Positions 37,670 through 47,863 of a DNA stretch of 64,000 nt are shown piece by piece. The notes under the pieces were generated by a model. That model was not told the origin of the DNA and did no database searches. It saw only the letters and a program-made list of their open reading frames with translations. The first letter of the stretch is position 1. Every line of letters starts with the position of its first letter. This DNA comes from Eubacteriales bacterium (GTDB lineage Bacteria; Bacillota; Clostridia; Oscillospirales; CAG-272), in NCBI GenBank assembly GCA_045632925.1, contig JAZQXP010000057.1, positions 1,126 through 65,125 of the forward strand, given 5' to 3'. Both the position numbers and the translations under genes were made by a program.

Positions 37670-38110
37670 GTACCCCACCCCTGCCCCCTCCTCGTAAACC
37701 GAGGAGGGGAACCTCGCGAGCGGTCAAGTCTTGTTCAGCTACAGAGATTTTGCCGATATCCTATAATTTTGCATCGTTAAATAGGGACCCACCCCTTACT
37801 CCCCTCCCGTCAACCGGGAGGGGATACTCAAGAGTGCGAGCTCCTGCGCTCAGCTACAGAGATTTTGCCGATATCCTATAATTCTGTATCTGCAAATCGG
37901 GACCCATCCCCCGCCCCCCGTCTCGCTGCGGCTCGGTCACGCCGCGGGTCTGACAGTCCACAGGACTGTCATTCAATACCGCGTCGCCGCTTTGCTACCC
38001 GTAAACCGGGAAGGGAAGGAGTGCGTTGCTCGAAGAATGTTTGCTGAACTTTGGACTGTCATTCAATACCTAGTTGCTGCTTGGCTAACCGTAAAGTGGG
38101 AAGGGGAGAA
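37670..38110. repeat. Tandem ~115-bp units with CCCCTCC-GTAAAC-GGAGGGG hairpins and a nested insertion
   Basis: CAGCTACAGAGATTTTGCCGATATCCTATAATT at 37736 and 37851; three hairpin units; GGACTGTCATTCAATACC occurs twice. Confidence 0.75.
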
Positions 38111-38179
38111 TGGAGCTCAGACTTCGTTGTGCGACACTCTGAACATTGCGGTATTTTTTGCTTCTTCATTTTATTAATC

Positions 38180-40009
38180 TTAATCAGCTATAGTGAATAC
38201 CACTTCTCCACGTGTATTAATAATGGTATTACCGTTAACAATAGCAACAGATTCCGCACCTTCCCCTTTGAAATCGGTTGCGGACTGAAATTGAGGCTGA
38301 ATAACCCATTTTCCAGTTTTAATATCAACATATCCAAATAATCCGTTTTGTGTGTTTTTGGCAATTACATAATGCCAATCTAACTCAGAGATATCTTCAT
38401 TGCCACTGTATGAATAATAATAAGTATAGTACCGATAATTTATGGTTTGGTCTTTTTCATATCCTAAATCAAATTCATTTTGTGCAGAAAAAACCAACTC
38501 TTTATTCGGGTTTATTATTGTACTGAACAATGTTCCGTTCATGTTTTTCAACAATAAACAATAGTATTCGTTTCCTTCGTAAATCCACGAACGTACAGCT
38601 TTTATTTTCGCTCCGGATAATTCCTTAAAATCTTTTTTAAAGTCAACGATTATATTTTCTCCGGTAGAATCCAATATGTACTCAATATCAATATAATATT
38701 CATTAAGAGTATCTCTTTCGGCTCTTTGAGTAAAATATCCATCCCAAATTCCTCTTGCTGTGAGTAAATGTGCTGCTGCTTGCCATTCTCCATCCTTGCA
38801 CATAGGCGTTATTGTTTGATTCAACTCATAAACCAATGTAGCCTCGGGAGAAACGCAAATGTTTACTCCATATTCAAGTGCACTGCTATCGAATGTAAGA
38901 TACCGCACATTACCATTTTTATCAAAAAAGTAATTTCCATTTACAGAGCTAATGTTCTGCCTTGAAATACCTTTACTATAAAAACCAATAAGGTCAACTA
39001 ATGCATATTCGCATTGATCAGCATATAATCCACTGCCTTTTTTTATAATTTCTTTAACATACGCAAACCCGTATTCATTAGGCGAACTGTATACTCCTGC
39101 ATTTTTAGCATTATTAATTTCCACCGCTAGTTCTCCCCAGTAATTATAATAACTCATAGAGTATTCTGTACCGGAAATAGTTTCTTTCGATGACTCAACC
39201 CAAAAATATTTATTGATGTATTCACCGATAACATCGTTTTTTCCTGCTGTGTAAACCACATTGCCCAAAAAATTAATAACTAAAGTTACACCATCTTTTT
39301 CAACTATAGCTAATTCATCAAGTTTTTCTGGTGCACTGCTATACTGTGCAGGAATAGCTAATTCACCTTTAGTATTAATATATCCGTAGTTGCCGTCTAT
39401 CTTTACTCTCGCTAAATCTGTGTAGAATCTTCCCGCAGACAGATAACAAGGCTCGATAACGATCTCTCCCTTGTTATTGATATAGCCGTAACCTTTATTG
39501 GTGGATATAAGAGCAAGGCCGTTCCAAAATTCGTCGATTGAATAAATTTTGAGTTCGGGATATATTACCTCAGTTTCAAGAACTGTACCGCAAAGCGAAC
39601 AAGTAAGATTTTTGCTTCCATTTTCTGATGAAGTCGCATCCTTAATAACAATCCACTCGCCTTGTTTATGTCCGGTCGATAAAACTGTTTCTTGTGCCAA
39701 TAAAACAATATTGCAATTATTGCAATGTTTGCCTTCTGAAAGTCCATTAGTTGTACAGGTTGGGGGAACAGCTTCATCGATAACTTCTGTATGCCCAAGT
39801 GCAGATATGTTCTGCTTTTCTTCCTCGCCGCAAATACAAATGCGCTTTTGTGTACCGTCAGTTATGCAAGTGGCTTCCTGAGTGGTTATCCAATCGCTCC
39901 AAGAATGAGTATGTTCTTCTGTGATTTCCGATGTGGTATTATTGCTGCAAGAAACCCAAACGCATACAGATATCAATAGGGCGATAAGTAGGATTGCAGT
40001 TTTTTTCAT
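38180..40009 (-). CDS. WG-repeat surface lipoprotein with His/Cys-rich repeats
   Basis: ATG 40009 after AAGGAGG; lipobox WVSC; HTHSW..ATC..DG..C.CG repeats; YGYINNKGEIVI, YGYINTKGELAI and FGYVDIKTGKWVI WG repeats. AT-rich. Confidence 0.85.
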   Translation of the reverse strand: MKKTAILLIALLISVCVWVSCSNNTTSEITEEHTHSWSDWITTQEATCITDGTQKRICICGEEEKQNISALGHTEVIDEAVPPTCTTNGLSEGKHCNNCNIVLLAQETVLSTGHKQGEWIVIKDATSSENGSKNLTCSLCGTVLETEVIYPELKIYSIDEFWNGLALISTNKGYGYINNKGEIVIEPCYLSAGRFYTDLARVKIDGNYGYINTKGELAIPAQYSSAPEKLDELAIVEKDGVTLVINFLGNVVYTAGKNDVIGEYINKYFWVESSKETISGTEYSMSYYNYWGELAVEINNAKNAGVYSSPNEYGFAYVKEIIKKGSGLYADQCEYALVDLIGFYSKGISRQNISSVNGNYFFDKNGNVRYLTFDSSALEYGVNICVSPEATLVYELNQTITPMCKDGEWQAAAHLLTARGIWDGYFTQRAERDTLNEYYIDIEYILDSTGENIIVDFKKDFKELSGAKIKAVRSWIYEGNEYYCLLLKNMNGTLFSTIINPNKELVFSAQNEFDLGYEKDQTINYRYYTYYYSYSGNEDISELDWHYVIAKNTQNGLFGYVDIKTGKWVIQPQFQSATDFKGEGAESVAIVNGNTIINTRGEVVFTIAD

Positions 40010-40044
40010 TATCTTTTCCTCCTTTGAAATGAAAAATATAAAAT

Positions 40045-40275
40045 AAAAAGTGCGCCAACCGAAGTTGACGCACCGAAAAACGCAAACCCCGATTGTCGCC
40101 AAACAAATTTCAAGCAATCGGAAGGACATTTCGTCGTACACAATTAACCATTAGGAATTTGCGCTTTTGCCAAATTCGAATGATTAATTATAGTACGCCG
40201 AAAAAAGGTATAATTCACCCTTTCCTAAAAAAGAGAAAAATATCCCTGAGATCACTTATGAAATTTGTTTGGCAT
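40045..40275 (-). promoter_or_regulatory. Structured 5' leader ending in an intrinsic terminator, with a 15-bp inverted partner upstream
   Basis: Minus strand: AAAAGCGCAAATTCC/GGGGTTTGCGTTTTT stem, CCGATTG/CAATCGG stem, then terminator GTGCGTCAAC-ttcg-GTTGGCGCAC-TTTTT before the RBS. GCCAAACAAATTTCA (40098-40112) is inverted at 40259-40273. Confidence 0.55.
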
Positions 40276-40445
40276 CCCTATTATATCACATCTTTTTCTT
40301 TTTGTAAACCATAATTTTGAAATTTTCGAGCAATTATTATCATATATTATGTTTGCCTCGAAAAATTCCCACAAAAACCTTGACAACCGCCCTGATTAAT
40401 GATAAAATAATATTTAATTATTTTCACAGGCAAAGGAGAAAGAAA

Positions 40446-41654
40446 ATGATCAACCGCGCACACAAAATGGATCATGTTCATTCGGATATCCGTGGGCCTC
40501 TTTACGTTGAATCTCAAAGGATGATCAAAGAGGGCATAGACGTCCTCAGACTTAATACGGGTAATCCCGCGACGTTTGGCTTTACGCTTCCGGACAGCAT
40601 CCGCGAGGCTATGCTTGCGGGACTCGATAACGCCGTCGCCTACTGCGACCCCAAGGGTATGCCCGAGGCGAGACAGGCGATCTATGAATATCATCTCGGA
40701 AAAGGACTTGTCGGCATTTCGCCCGACGACATATATATCGGAAACGGAGTCAGCGAGCTTGTAACGATGGCTCTCAATGTCTTCCTCAACACGGGAGACG
40801 AGCTTCTTATGCCCGCGCCGAGCTACTCGCTCTGGAGCAACTCTGCCTATCTCGCGGGCGGCAAACCCGTCTTCTACCGTTGCGACGAGGAGAATCATTG
40901 GTACCCCGACCTTGATGACCTCCGCTCGAAGATCACCTCGCGTACACGCGGAATGGTCATCATCAACCCCAACAACCCGACGGGTGCGGTCTACCCTCGC
41001 GAGGTGCTTGAGGAAATGATCAAGATCGCACGCGAGAACGATCTCGTTATCTTCTCGGACGAGATCTACGACCGACTCCTTATGGACGGAGTAGAGCATA
41101 TCTCGCCCGCATCCCTAGCTCCCGATCTCTTTACGGTTACCTTCAACGGACTTTCAAAGTCGCACGTCATCTGCGGCTTCCGTTGCGCCTGGATGATCTT
41201 TTCGGGCAGAAAAGACTGGGCGCAGGACTATATGGAGGGCATCTTCCAGCTTGCGGCGATGCGTCTTTGCTCGACCACTCTGCCCCAGCTTGCCATCCCC
41301 GCCGCACTTAAGGACACCGAGAGCACAAAGGCTATGATGCGTCCCGGCGGAAGACTTTACGAGCAGAGCGCGGCAACTATGCGCGAGCTTGCAAAGATCG
41401 AGGGCATCTCCTGCGTTAAGAACAACGCGGCGTTCTACGTTTTTCCGAAGCTCGATATCAAGAAGTTCAATATCTCCTCGGACAAAAAGTTTGCGTTTGA
41501 CCTGCTGCATCAGAAGCACATCCTCATCGTCCCCGGCAGCGGCTTTGACTGGACAACTCCCGACCACTTCCGAATCGTTATGCTCCCCGACGCAGAAAGA
41601 ATGGCGAAGGCGATACGCGATATTGGAGATTTTCTGAAGGATTACAGACAGTAA
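40446..41654 (+). CDS. alaA: Alanine (glutamate-pyruvate) aminotransferase, class I/II
   Basis: DIRGP, LNTGNPA, GNGVSEL, INPNNPTG, SDEIYD, NGLSKSH, PDHFRIV. Confidence 0.88.
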   Translation: MINRAHKMDHVHSDIRGPLYVESQRMIKEGIDVLRLNTGNPATFGFTLPDSIREAMLAGLDNAVAYCDPKGMPEARQAIYEYHLGKGLVGISPDDIYIGNGVSELVTMALNVFLNTGDELLMPAPSYSLWSNSAYLAGGKPVFYRCDEENHWYPDLDDLRSKITSRTRGMVIINPNNPTGAVYPREVLEEMIKIARENDLVIFSDEIYDRLLMDGVEHISPASLAPDLFTVTFNGLSKSHVICGFRCAWMIFSGRKDWAQDYMEGIFQLAAMRLCSTTLPQLAIPAALKDTESTKAMMRPGGRLYEQSAATMRELAKIEGISCVKNNAAFYVFPKLDIKKFNISSDKKFAFDLLHQKHILIVPGSGFDWTTPDHFRIVMLPDAERMAKAIRDIGDFLKDYRQ

Positions 41655-41946
41655 ACTGAATGCAAAATGCAAAATGCAAAATGCAAAATTATTAATAGGA
41701 AAAAATCCGCTTTGTGCGGATTTTTTCTTTAAAATAAAAAAGTTAATATTTTTGTCGAAAAAATTCCAAAATGGGTTGACAAAATGCGCGAGGGGTGGTA
41801 AAATAAAGCAACTTCAAAAACCGAACGAGACATTCTCTGTAAACCCGCCGCCCGCAAGACATTTTAATTTGATTTTTACATCTTAGTGCGCAAGCGGCCT
41901 CCCGCCGGCTGAGAATGTTAGTGCCACACATTCCGCCGTAAAAGTA

Positions 41947-44220
41947 ATGATGGACAAACTCCTTGTCAACTCCCTTCTGACCGAAGAAGAAATTGCAGAA
42001 CTTAAAGGTAGGGAGACTCCGGGGCATCCCTGGATATTCGCAATTGTTGGTGATATTTCGATCCTGTCGAACTATTGCCGAAGTGTGTTGCTTGTAAGCG
42101 ACATTGAAGTCACCACTCATGAGTTCAACACTCACCACGCAGGAAAAACCATCCGTATAGAGGATATTGAGAAGACTCATACCCGCCGTATGTACGGAAA
42201 CGCAATGCTCTGTCTCGAGCTTAAAAACGGTCTTGAAGAAAAAATATTCCGCTATACCTTCAGCGTAAATACCCTCTGCGAGGGAGCTTCCACATTTATC
42301 AACTCTCTCGTCAAGGGCGAGGATATCGGCGAAGCTACCGAATGCATGAAGGCTATCTACGAGAAACAGCTCTCCGTCTGCCCCAAGTGCGGACGTACTT
42401 TGGCGTCTCCCGGAGCGGAATGTCTCAACTGCGCAAGCAAGAAAAAGCTTGTCGGCAAGCTCAGCAAGTACATCATCCCCGAGTGGAAGAAGCTGATCCT
42501 TTCGGTTCTCCTTTCGATCACATCGACAGCACTTGCTCTGATTCCGCCTATGCTGACAAAGTCACTCATTGACGAAATTCTGCCGAACAACAACGCCGCT
42601 ATGCTTATGCAGGTGGTAATTCTGTTGATCTCGCTGCAGATCGTCAGCCATATCATAAGCGGTACGCGCGGATACGTCCTTCGTCTGGTAGCAGACAGGA
42701 TAGTATCGAATCTCCGTAACGACGTTTACGAAAAGGCGCAGTATCTGCCGATGCGATTCTACGATAAGACCTCGACGGGTGCTGTCATCAACCGTATCTC
42801 GGGCGACAGCTCGACGATCCAGTCCTTTATGCTTCGTATAACGCAGGAGGTAGTCGTTCAGTTCTTCAAGATGGTGGGCATAGTTATCGTTATGCTCGTT
42901 ATGAATCCGAAGCTGACGCTCCTCTCGCTTATTCCCGTTCCGCTTGTTGTAATCGGTTCGCGTATCTTTGGTAAGAAGATCCGTCCCTTCTATCTCCGAA
43001 TCTGGAGAAGATGGACAGCCGTTTCCTCCATACTTACAGACACCATCCCCGGTATCCGTGTCGTAAAATCCTTCACCAATGAGAAGAACACCACCGCCCG
43101 CTTCAAGGAGAAGAACGAGGAGTGGTATAGGACCGATACCTCCGCCGCAAAGATACTTAATGCGTTCCCCGCGATCGTTGGTACCTTCATCGGTCTCGGA
43201 TCTGTCGTTATCTGGGCATTCGGCGGCAATATGGTTATTGATGCGCAGCTTTCGGGCATCGAGACAAGCCTTACCGTCGGTACTCTCGTAATCTTCATCA
43301 ACTATGCTTCGATGTTCTACGAGCCCGTAAACTTTTTTGCAAACCTCAACGACTCCTTCCAGCACTTCCTCGCATCCGCCGAGAGAATCCTCGATATTCT
43401 TGACGCCGAGCCCGAGCACAACTTCGGCGAGGGCAAGAATATGGTCGAGTTCAAGGGTAAGATCGAGTTCAAGAACGTAAACTTCTCCTTCGACCGCACC
43501 AAGAAGACGCTGAAGAATATTAACCTCGTAATCGAGCCAGGCGACATTGTCGGTATCGTCGGTACCACGGGCTCGGGTAAATCGACGCTTATCAACCTCC
43601 TTCTCCGTTATTACGATCATTATGACGGCGAGATCCTTGTTGATGACATCAATATCCGCGATATAGATATGTCGCACTTCCGCGGACAGATCGGCTTCGT
43701 TCAGCAGGAGCCCCTGATGTTCCACGATACGATCTTCAATAACATCGCGTACGGCTGTCCCGACTGCCCCGTTGAGAAGGTTCTCGAGGCGGCGGACATC
43801 GCAAACGCGCACGAGTTCATCGTCCGTCAGCCCGACGGCTATGACGCGGTTCTCGGCGAGCGCGGCGTAGGTCTTTCGGGCGGTGAGAGACAGAGAGTCT
43901 CGATCGCGCGCGCGATGCTGAAGAATCCCTCGATCCTCGTATTCGACGAGGCGACCGCATCGGTTGACTCGGAGACCGAGCATCTGATCCAGGAGGCTAT
44001 CGAACGCCTCATTTCGGGCAGAACCACCATTATGATCGCGCACAGACTTTCCACCCTTTCTAAGGCGAACAAGATCGTCGTTATCGACAAGGGCGAGATT
44101 ATCGAGTGCGGCTCTCCCGAGGAGCTTCTTGCGCTCAAGGGTAAGTACTACCGCCTCGTAGAGATCCAGTCGATGTCCGAAAAGGTCAACGAAGCCAAGA
44201 AGGCTGACAGATTCGAATAA
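41947..44220 (+). CDS. ABC transporter ATP-binding/permease with N-terminal extension and CxxC..CxxC
   Basis: CPKC..CLNC, TM domain, GTTGSGKS, LSGGERQR, FDEATAS. Confidence 0.9.
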   Translation: MMDKLLVNSLLTEEEIAELKGRETPGHPWIFAIVGDISILSNYCRSVLLVSDIEVTTHEFNTHHAGKTIRIEDIEKTHTRRMYGNAMLCLELKNGLEEKIFRYTFSVNTLCEGASTFINSLVKGEDIGEATECMKAIYEKQLSVCPKCGRTLASPGAECLNCASKKKLVGKLSKYIIPEWKKLILSVLLSITSTALALIPPMLTKSLIDEILPNNNAAMLMQVVILLISLQIVSHIISGTRGYVLRLVADRIVSNLRNDVYEKAQYLPMRFYDKTSTGAVINRISGDSSTIQSFMLRITQEVVVQFFKMVGIVIVMLVMNPKLTLLSLIPVPLVVIGSRIFGKKIRPFYLRIWRRWTAVSSILTDTIPGIRVVKSFTNEKNTTARFKEKNEEWYRTDTSAAKILNAFPAIVGTFIGLGSVVIWAFGGNMVIDAQLSGIETSLTVGTLVIFINYASMFYEPVNFFANLNDSFQHFLASAERILDILDAEPEHNFGEGKNMVEFKGKIEFKNVNFSFDRTKKTLKNINLVIEPGDIVGIVGTTGSGKSTLINLLLRYYDHYDGEILVDDINIRDIDMSHFRGQIGFVQQEPLMFHDTIFNNIAYGCPDCPVEKVLEAADIANAHEFIVRQPDGYDAVLGERGVGLSGGERQRVSIARAMLKNPSILVFDEATASVDSETEHLIQEAIERLISGRTTIMIAHRLSTLSKANKIVVIDKGEIIECGSPEELLALKGKYYRLVEIQSMSEKVNEAKKADRFE

Positions 44221-44233
44221 GGAGGGAAGGACT

Positions 44234-44719
44234 ATGGCACTTAGATATCTTGATAAGACCGCAAAGATCGAGATGACCGACGTTTATTACGTTCAGCTCA
44301 CGCTCGCGGACGGCACAGTTTACGAGAACGTCGAGCTCCGCAGGCTCTTCCCGATCTCGGATAAATTCAACTACATTTCGCTTCTCGACAAGGACGAGCA
44401 CGAGATCGCAATGATAAAGTCGCTCGACGATATCACCACCGACAGCGCGGCGGCGATAAAGGCTTGCTTCTACGATTATTACCGCATCCCGAAGATCACG
44501 AAGATCACAGAGTGTGACGATAAGACGGGTATGCTCAAGATGACGGTCGAGACCGATCACGGCCCCGCTACCTTCCGCATCCGCAACCGTCACAGCGATA
44601 TGAAGACCTATCCCGGCGACCGCGTTATCATCCGCGACTCGAACGATAACCGTTACGAGATCGAGAATCTTAACAACCTCGACCGTAAGAGCTGGCTTCT
44701 TGTTGCAAGTTTTCTTTAA
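44234..44719 (+). CDS. DUF1854-like protein
   Basis: RRLFPIS..YISL, YRIPKITKI, VETDHG, IRDSNDNRYEI..LDRKS; follows this type of ABC transporter. Confidence 0.8.
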   Translation: MALRYLDKTAKIEMTDVYYVQLTLADGTVYENVELRRLFPISDKFNYISLLDKDEHEIAMIKSLDDITTDSAAAIKACFYDYYRIPKITKITECDDKTGMLKMTVETDHGPATFRIRNRHSDMKTYPGDRVIIRDSNDNRYEIENLNNLDRKSWLLVASFL

Positions 44720-44727
44720 TAAAAATG

Positions 44728-44757
44728 ACCGCTTCTCCAAACGGAGAAGCGGTTTTT
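44728..44757. terminator. Terminator between convergent genes
   Basis: ACCGCTTCTCC-aaac-GGAGAAGCGGT-TTTT. Confidence 0.8.
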
Positions 44758-44759
44758 CT

Positions 44760-47738
44760 TTAGAATTGTTTGTAAAAAGCCTCGTTTATTTTGTCGGCTA
44801 TTTCAAGCATATCGTTTTTGTTGACCTTTACTACCTGTCTGTCGTAGGTGACGAGACCGTTTGTTTCGTCCTCGACGTCGCTGACCTGTGTGTAGACGGC
44901 GGCGCAGAGTCCGCGGTCGATCATCGGGATGACCTCGTCGAGGTAGAGCGATTTGAGCGCTTCACCGAATTTTTCGGTGTCTGTGAAGAAGCTGTATCCG
45001 TAGGTTTTGTCAAGATTGAAGGAATGTCCCTCGATCTTGCAGGAGTAACCGCCGAATTCCGAGAGGACGAGCGGGCGGTCGGGGTTGTTTTTTAGATCGA
45101 GCTTCTTGAAATAGATATGCTCGCTCTGCACGTCGCTTTCCTTTTCGGCGAACCATCCCGAGGTCGCGTCCCAAATGCGGGAGGGATCGAGTGCCTTGAG
45201 TCTGCGGTAGTTTTCGTCGGCGTCAAACTGTCCCCAGCCCTCGTTGAAGATCGTGTAATAGACAACCGAGGGGTGGTTATAGAGAAGTCTTACGGTCATT
45301 GCACTGTCGGTTTCAAAGGTGGTGCGGCGGACGTCACTTGCACGGTGTGTGATGCCTTTTTTCAGACCGATCGTGGGCAGCGCGGTGTCGATGAGGAAAT
45401 TATATTTTCCGCTGTTGACCATATCTTGAAAGACGATCATACCGTATTTGTCGCAGTAATAGTAGAAGAGCTCGGACTCTACTTTAATATGCTTGCGGAG
45501 CATATTGAAGCCGAGCTCCTTCATTTTGAGGATGTCGTAGCGGTAGCCCTCGGGCGTTGCGGGGGTGTAGATGCCGTCGCTGTAGTAGCCCTGATCGAGC
45601 AGACCGTGGAAGAAATAGGGCTTTTCGTTGAGGGTTATATAGGACTTGCCGCCGATCTTTGCCGTGCCGACCGTGCGGAGTGCGAAGTAGGATCCGATCT
45701 TGTCCTCGCTCGATTCAAGGGTGAACTCGTATAGATAGGGGTCTTCGGGAGTCCAAAGATGCGGGTTTTCAATCTTTAATTCAAATTCATCGCCTCGGAA
45801 GCGGTATTGCTTGCCATCCGCGAGGGTGATGACCTTTTCATCCGCGCCGCCCTTGATCTTGAATTTGACGGAATCGAGAGAGGGCGTCATTTTTATGCGC
45901 TTGATATAGTTTTCGGGAACAGCCTCGAGCCACACAGCCTGCCAGATGCCGCTGATCGGAGTGTACCACATTCCGCCGCGCTTTTTCGACTGCTTTCCGT
46001 ATGCGAGATCGGTATCAAGATCGTCGATGACGTCAACCCCGATCGTGTTCTCGCCGTCACTCAGATAGTCCGTGATATCAAACTCAACGGGCAAATATCC
46101 GCCGGCAAGAATGTCGAGATTATGCTCACCTATCTTGAGCATAAAGATCTGATCGACCGCGCCGAAGTGAAGGATGATGCGTCCGTCGCGCATTTCCTCG
46201 GGCAGAGTGAATTTTTTGGTATATTTGTAGACTTCGAATCTCTTCTTTTCGCGTTCGATACCCGAAAGCCTCGATTCGGGCGGGAAGGGAACTTTTATTT
46301 TGCCGAGGTCGATCTCGTCACCGCTTATGACCGAAAGCTCCCACTCGCCGCAAAGCGACATATAGGAGTCGCGCTTCATCTGCGGGCGGGGATATTCGGT
46401 CCAATCGGTTGAGTTATCGTCCTCAAAGGGAGTGCGGAGATCCTTACAGAGACGCGGCTTGTTGAAGAATTTCGATGCGACGAGAAGGATGAGTACAAGA
46501 ACCGCGATCGGTACGAGTGCCGCCAGGAAGATGTTTTCGTTCGGCACGAAGGACTCGGTGCCGTCGTTGTTGACGATCTTTTCGGCGTTTGCAAGCACGG
46601 ATTTGCCGATGAAGGGGCCGATTATGCCGGGGAGGAGCACCTGAGAGAAGATGCGGACCCCCTGGAGTCTGCCCGCCTTATCTTCGGGGGTGAGCTCACG
46701 GATCTTCGCGCCGAAGACAGCCATTCCCGAGAGGTAACCGCACATCATAAGGAGCGAGCCTATGAATACGGGTGCTTTTGCTTTGAAAATGAAGAGAACG
46801 ATATATCCGAGCGCGAGCCACGCGAGTGAAAATGCGGAAGAGAAGCCAAAGCCCTTCTTGTCGTAGACCTTGCCCCAGAAAGCGGTGGCAATCGATGCGA
46901 GGATGATCGCGGGTGCCATTACGAGGACGTAATCCGCCATTCCGAGCGATACCTCATAATATATAATAAGGTAGGGCATAAATATTTGGATCGAGATATT
47001 GAAGATCACGAACGCCGCGAGGTAGAAGTAGAACGCGGGATTCGACTTCACCGTCGAGGGCATAAAGCCGTAGAAAACGTTCTTGATGTATCCCGTCTCG
47101 GATGGCGCTGGGCAGCGGTCATCGATAATGAACAAACCGAGGATACCGATCAGGAGCGTTGCCGCACCGATGATAATAAATATCTTGCTCCAGCTCTGCG
47201 GGTCGCCGAGATCAAGCGACATAAAGCCGCCGAATACGACGAGGATGGCAACGAGCGGCATCATCGAGTTGATGCCTTCAACTGCGCCGCGGTTGGTCGA
47301 GTCTGTTGAGTCGGTCAGCCACGCATTGTACGCCGCGTCGTTTGCAGACGATCCGAAGAAGGTCATAATGCAGTCGAGGATGACCGTCATAGTGACTCCG
47401 ATCGCCGCCGCGCTTGTGACCGCGGGGAAGACGGCTTCGATATAGTCGAGCTTCATAAGCGCAAAGCCGTATATCGAGAAGCCCCAAAGGATATAACCGC
47501 CGCAGATGAAGATCTTGCGCTTACCGATGCGGTCGGAGAGCGCGCCGATGAATACGGTGGTCAGCGTTGCCGCGACCGCGCTTGCGGCGACCATCAGCGA
47601 GATGTCCTCGGCGGAGGCATTGAACATTTTGTAGATAAAGACGTTGAGGTACATATTCTCAACAACCCACGCGATCTGTCCCATCAGCCCGAAAAGCACG
47701 AGCGCGAGCCAGAAGCGTCCCGAAAGCTTGGTTTTCAT
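44760..47738 (-). CDS. MFS transporter fused to a GH2 glycoside hydrolase
   Basis: About 420-aa 12-TM MFS (GALSDRIGKRK), then EYPRPQM, LHFGAVD, GKQ..GGMWYTPISGIWQ, LDQGYY, FNMLRKHIK, FNEGWGQF, LSEFGG, all in one frame. Confidence 0.88.
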   Translation of the reverse strand: MKTKLSGRFWLALVLFGLMGQIAWVVENMYLNVFIYKMFNASAEDISLMVAASAVAATLTTVFIGALSDRIGKRKIFICGGYILWGFSIYGFALMKLDYIEAVFPAVTSAAAIGVTMTVILDCIMTFFGSSANDAAYNAWLTDSTDSTNRGAVEGINSMMPLVAILVVFGGFMSLDLGDPQSWSKIFIIIGAATLLIGILGLFIIDDRCPAPSETGYIKNVFYGFMPSTVKSNPAFYFYLAAFVIFNISIQIFMPYLIIYYEVSLGMADYVLVMAPAIILASIATAFWGKVYDKKGFGFSSAFSLAWLALGYIVLFIFKAKAPVFIGSLLMMCGYLSGMAVFGAKIRELTPEDKAGRLQGVRIFSQVLLPGIIGPFIGKSVLANAEKIVNNDGTESFVPNENIFLAALVPIAVLVLILLVASKFFNKPRLCKDLRTPFEDDNSTDWTEYPRPQMKRDSYMSLCGEWELSVISGDEIDLGKIKVPFPPESRLSGIEREKKRFEVYKYTKKFTLPEEMRDGRIILHFGAVDQIFMLKIGEHNLDILAGGYLPVEFDITDYLSDGENTIGVDVIDDLDTDLAYGKQSKKRGGMWYTPISGIWQAVWLEAVPENYIKRIKMTPSLDSVKFKIKGGADEKVITLADGKQYRFRGDEFELKIENPHLWTPEDPYLYEFTLESSEDKIGSYFALRTVGTAKIGGKSYITLNEKPYFFHGLLDQGYYSDGIYTPATPEGYRYDILKMKELGFNMLRKHIKVESELFYYYCDKYGMIVFQDMVNSGKYNFLIDTALPTIGLKKGITHRASDVRRTTFETDSAMTVRLLYNHPSVVYYTIFNEGWGQFDADENYRRLKALDPSRIWDATSGWFAEKESDVQSEHIYFKKLDLKNNPDRPLVLSEFGGYSCKIEGHSFNLDKTYGYSFFTDTEKFGEALKSLYLDEVIPMIDRGLCAAVYTQVSDVEDETNGLVTYDRQVVKVNKNDMLEIADKINEAFYKQF

Positions 47739-47863
47739 TTGTTTGTCTCCTTGATGTGTTTATACTAAAATTGTAACACAAACTTACCCAAATGTCAATG
47801 AAAGATTGACATTTGACTGTTTTAGTGATATAATTTACTTAATAAATATCGGAGGATATAAAA

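Noticed and set aside
40076-40175. c-di-GMP-I riboswitch upstream of the WG lipoprotein
   Set aside because: It has GGCAAA and GCAAA words but lacks the GNRA-capped P2 and receptor/P3 arrangement. Kept as an unknown leader instead.
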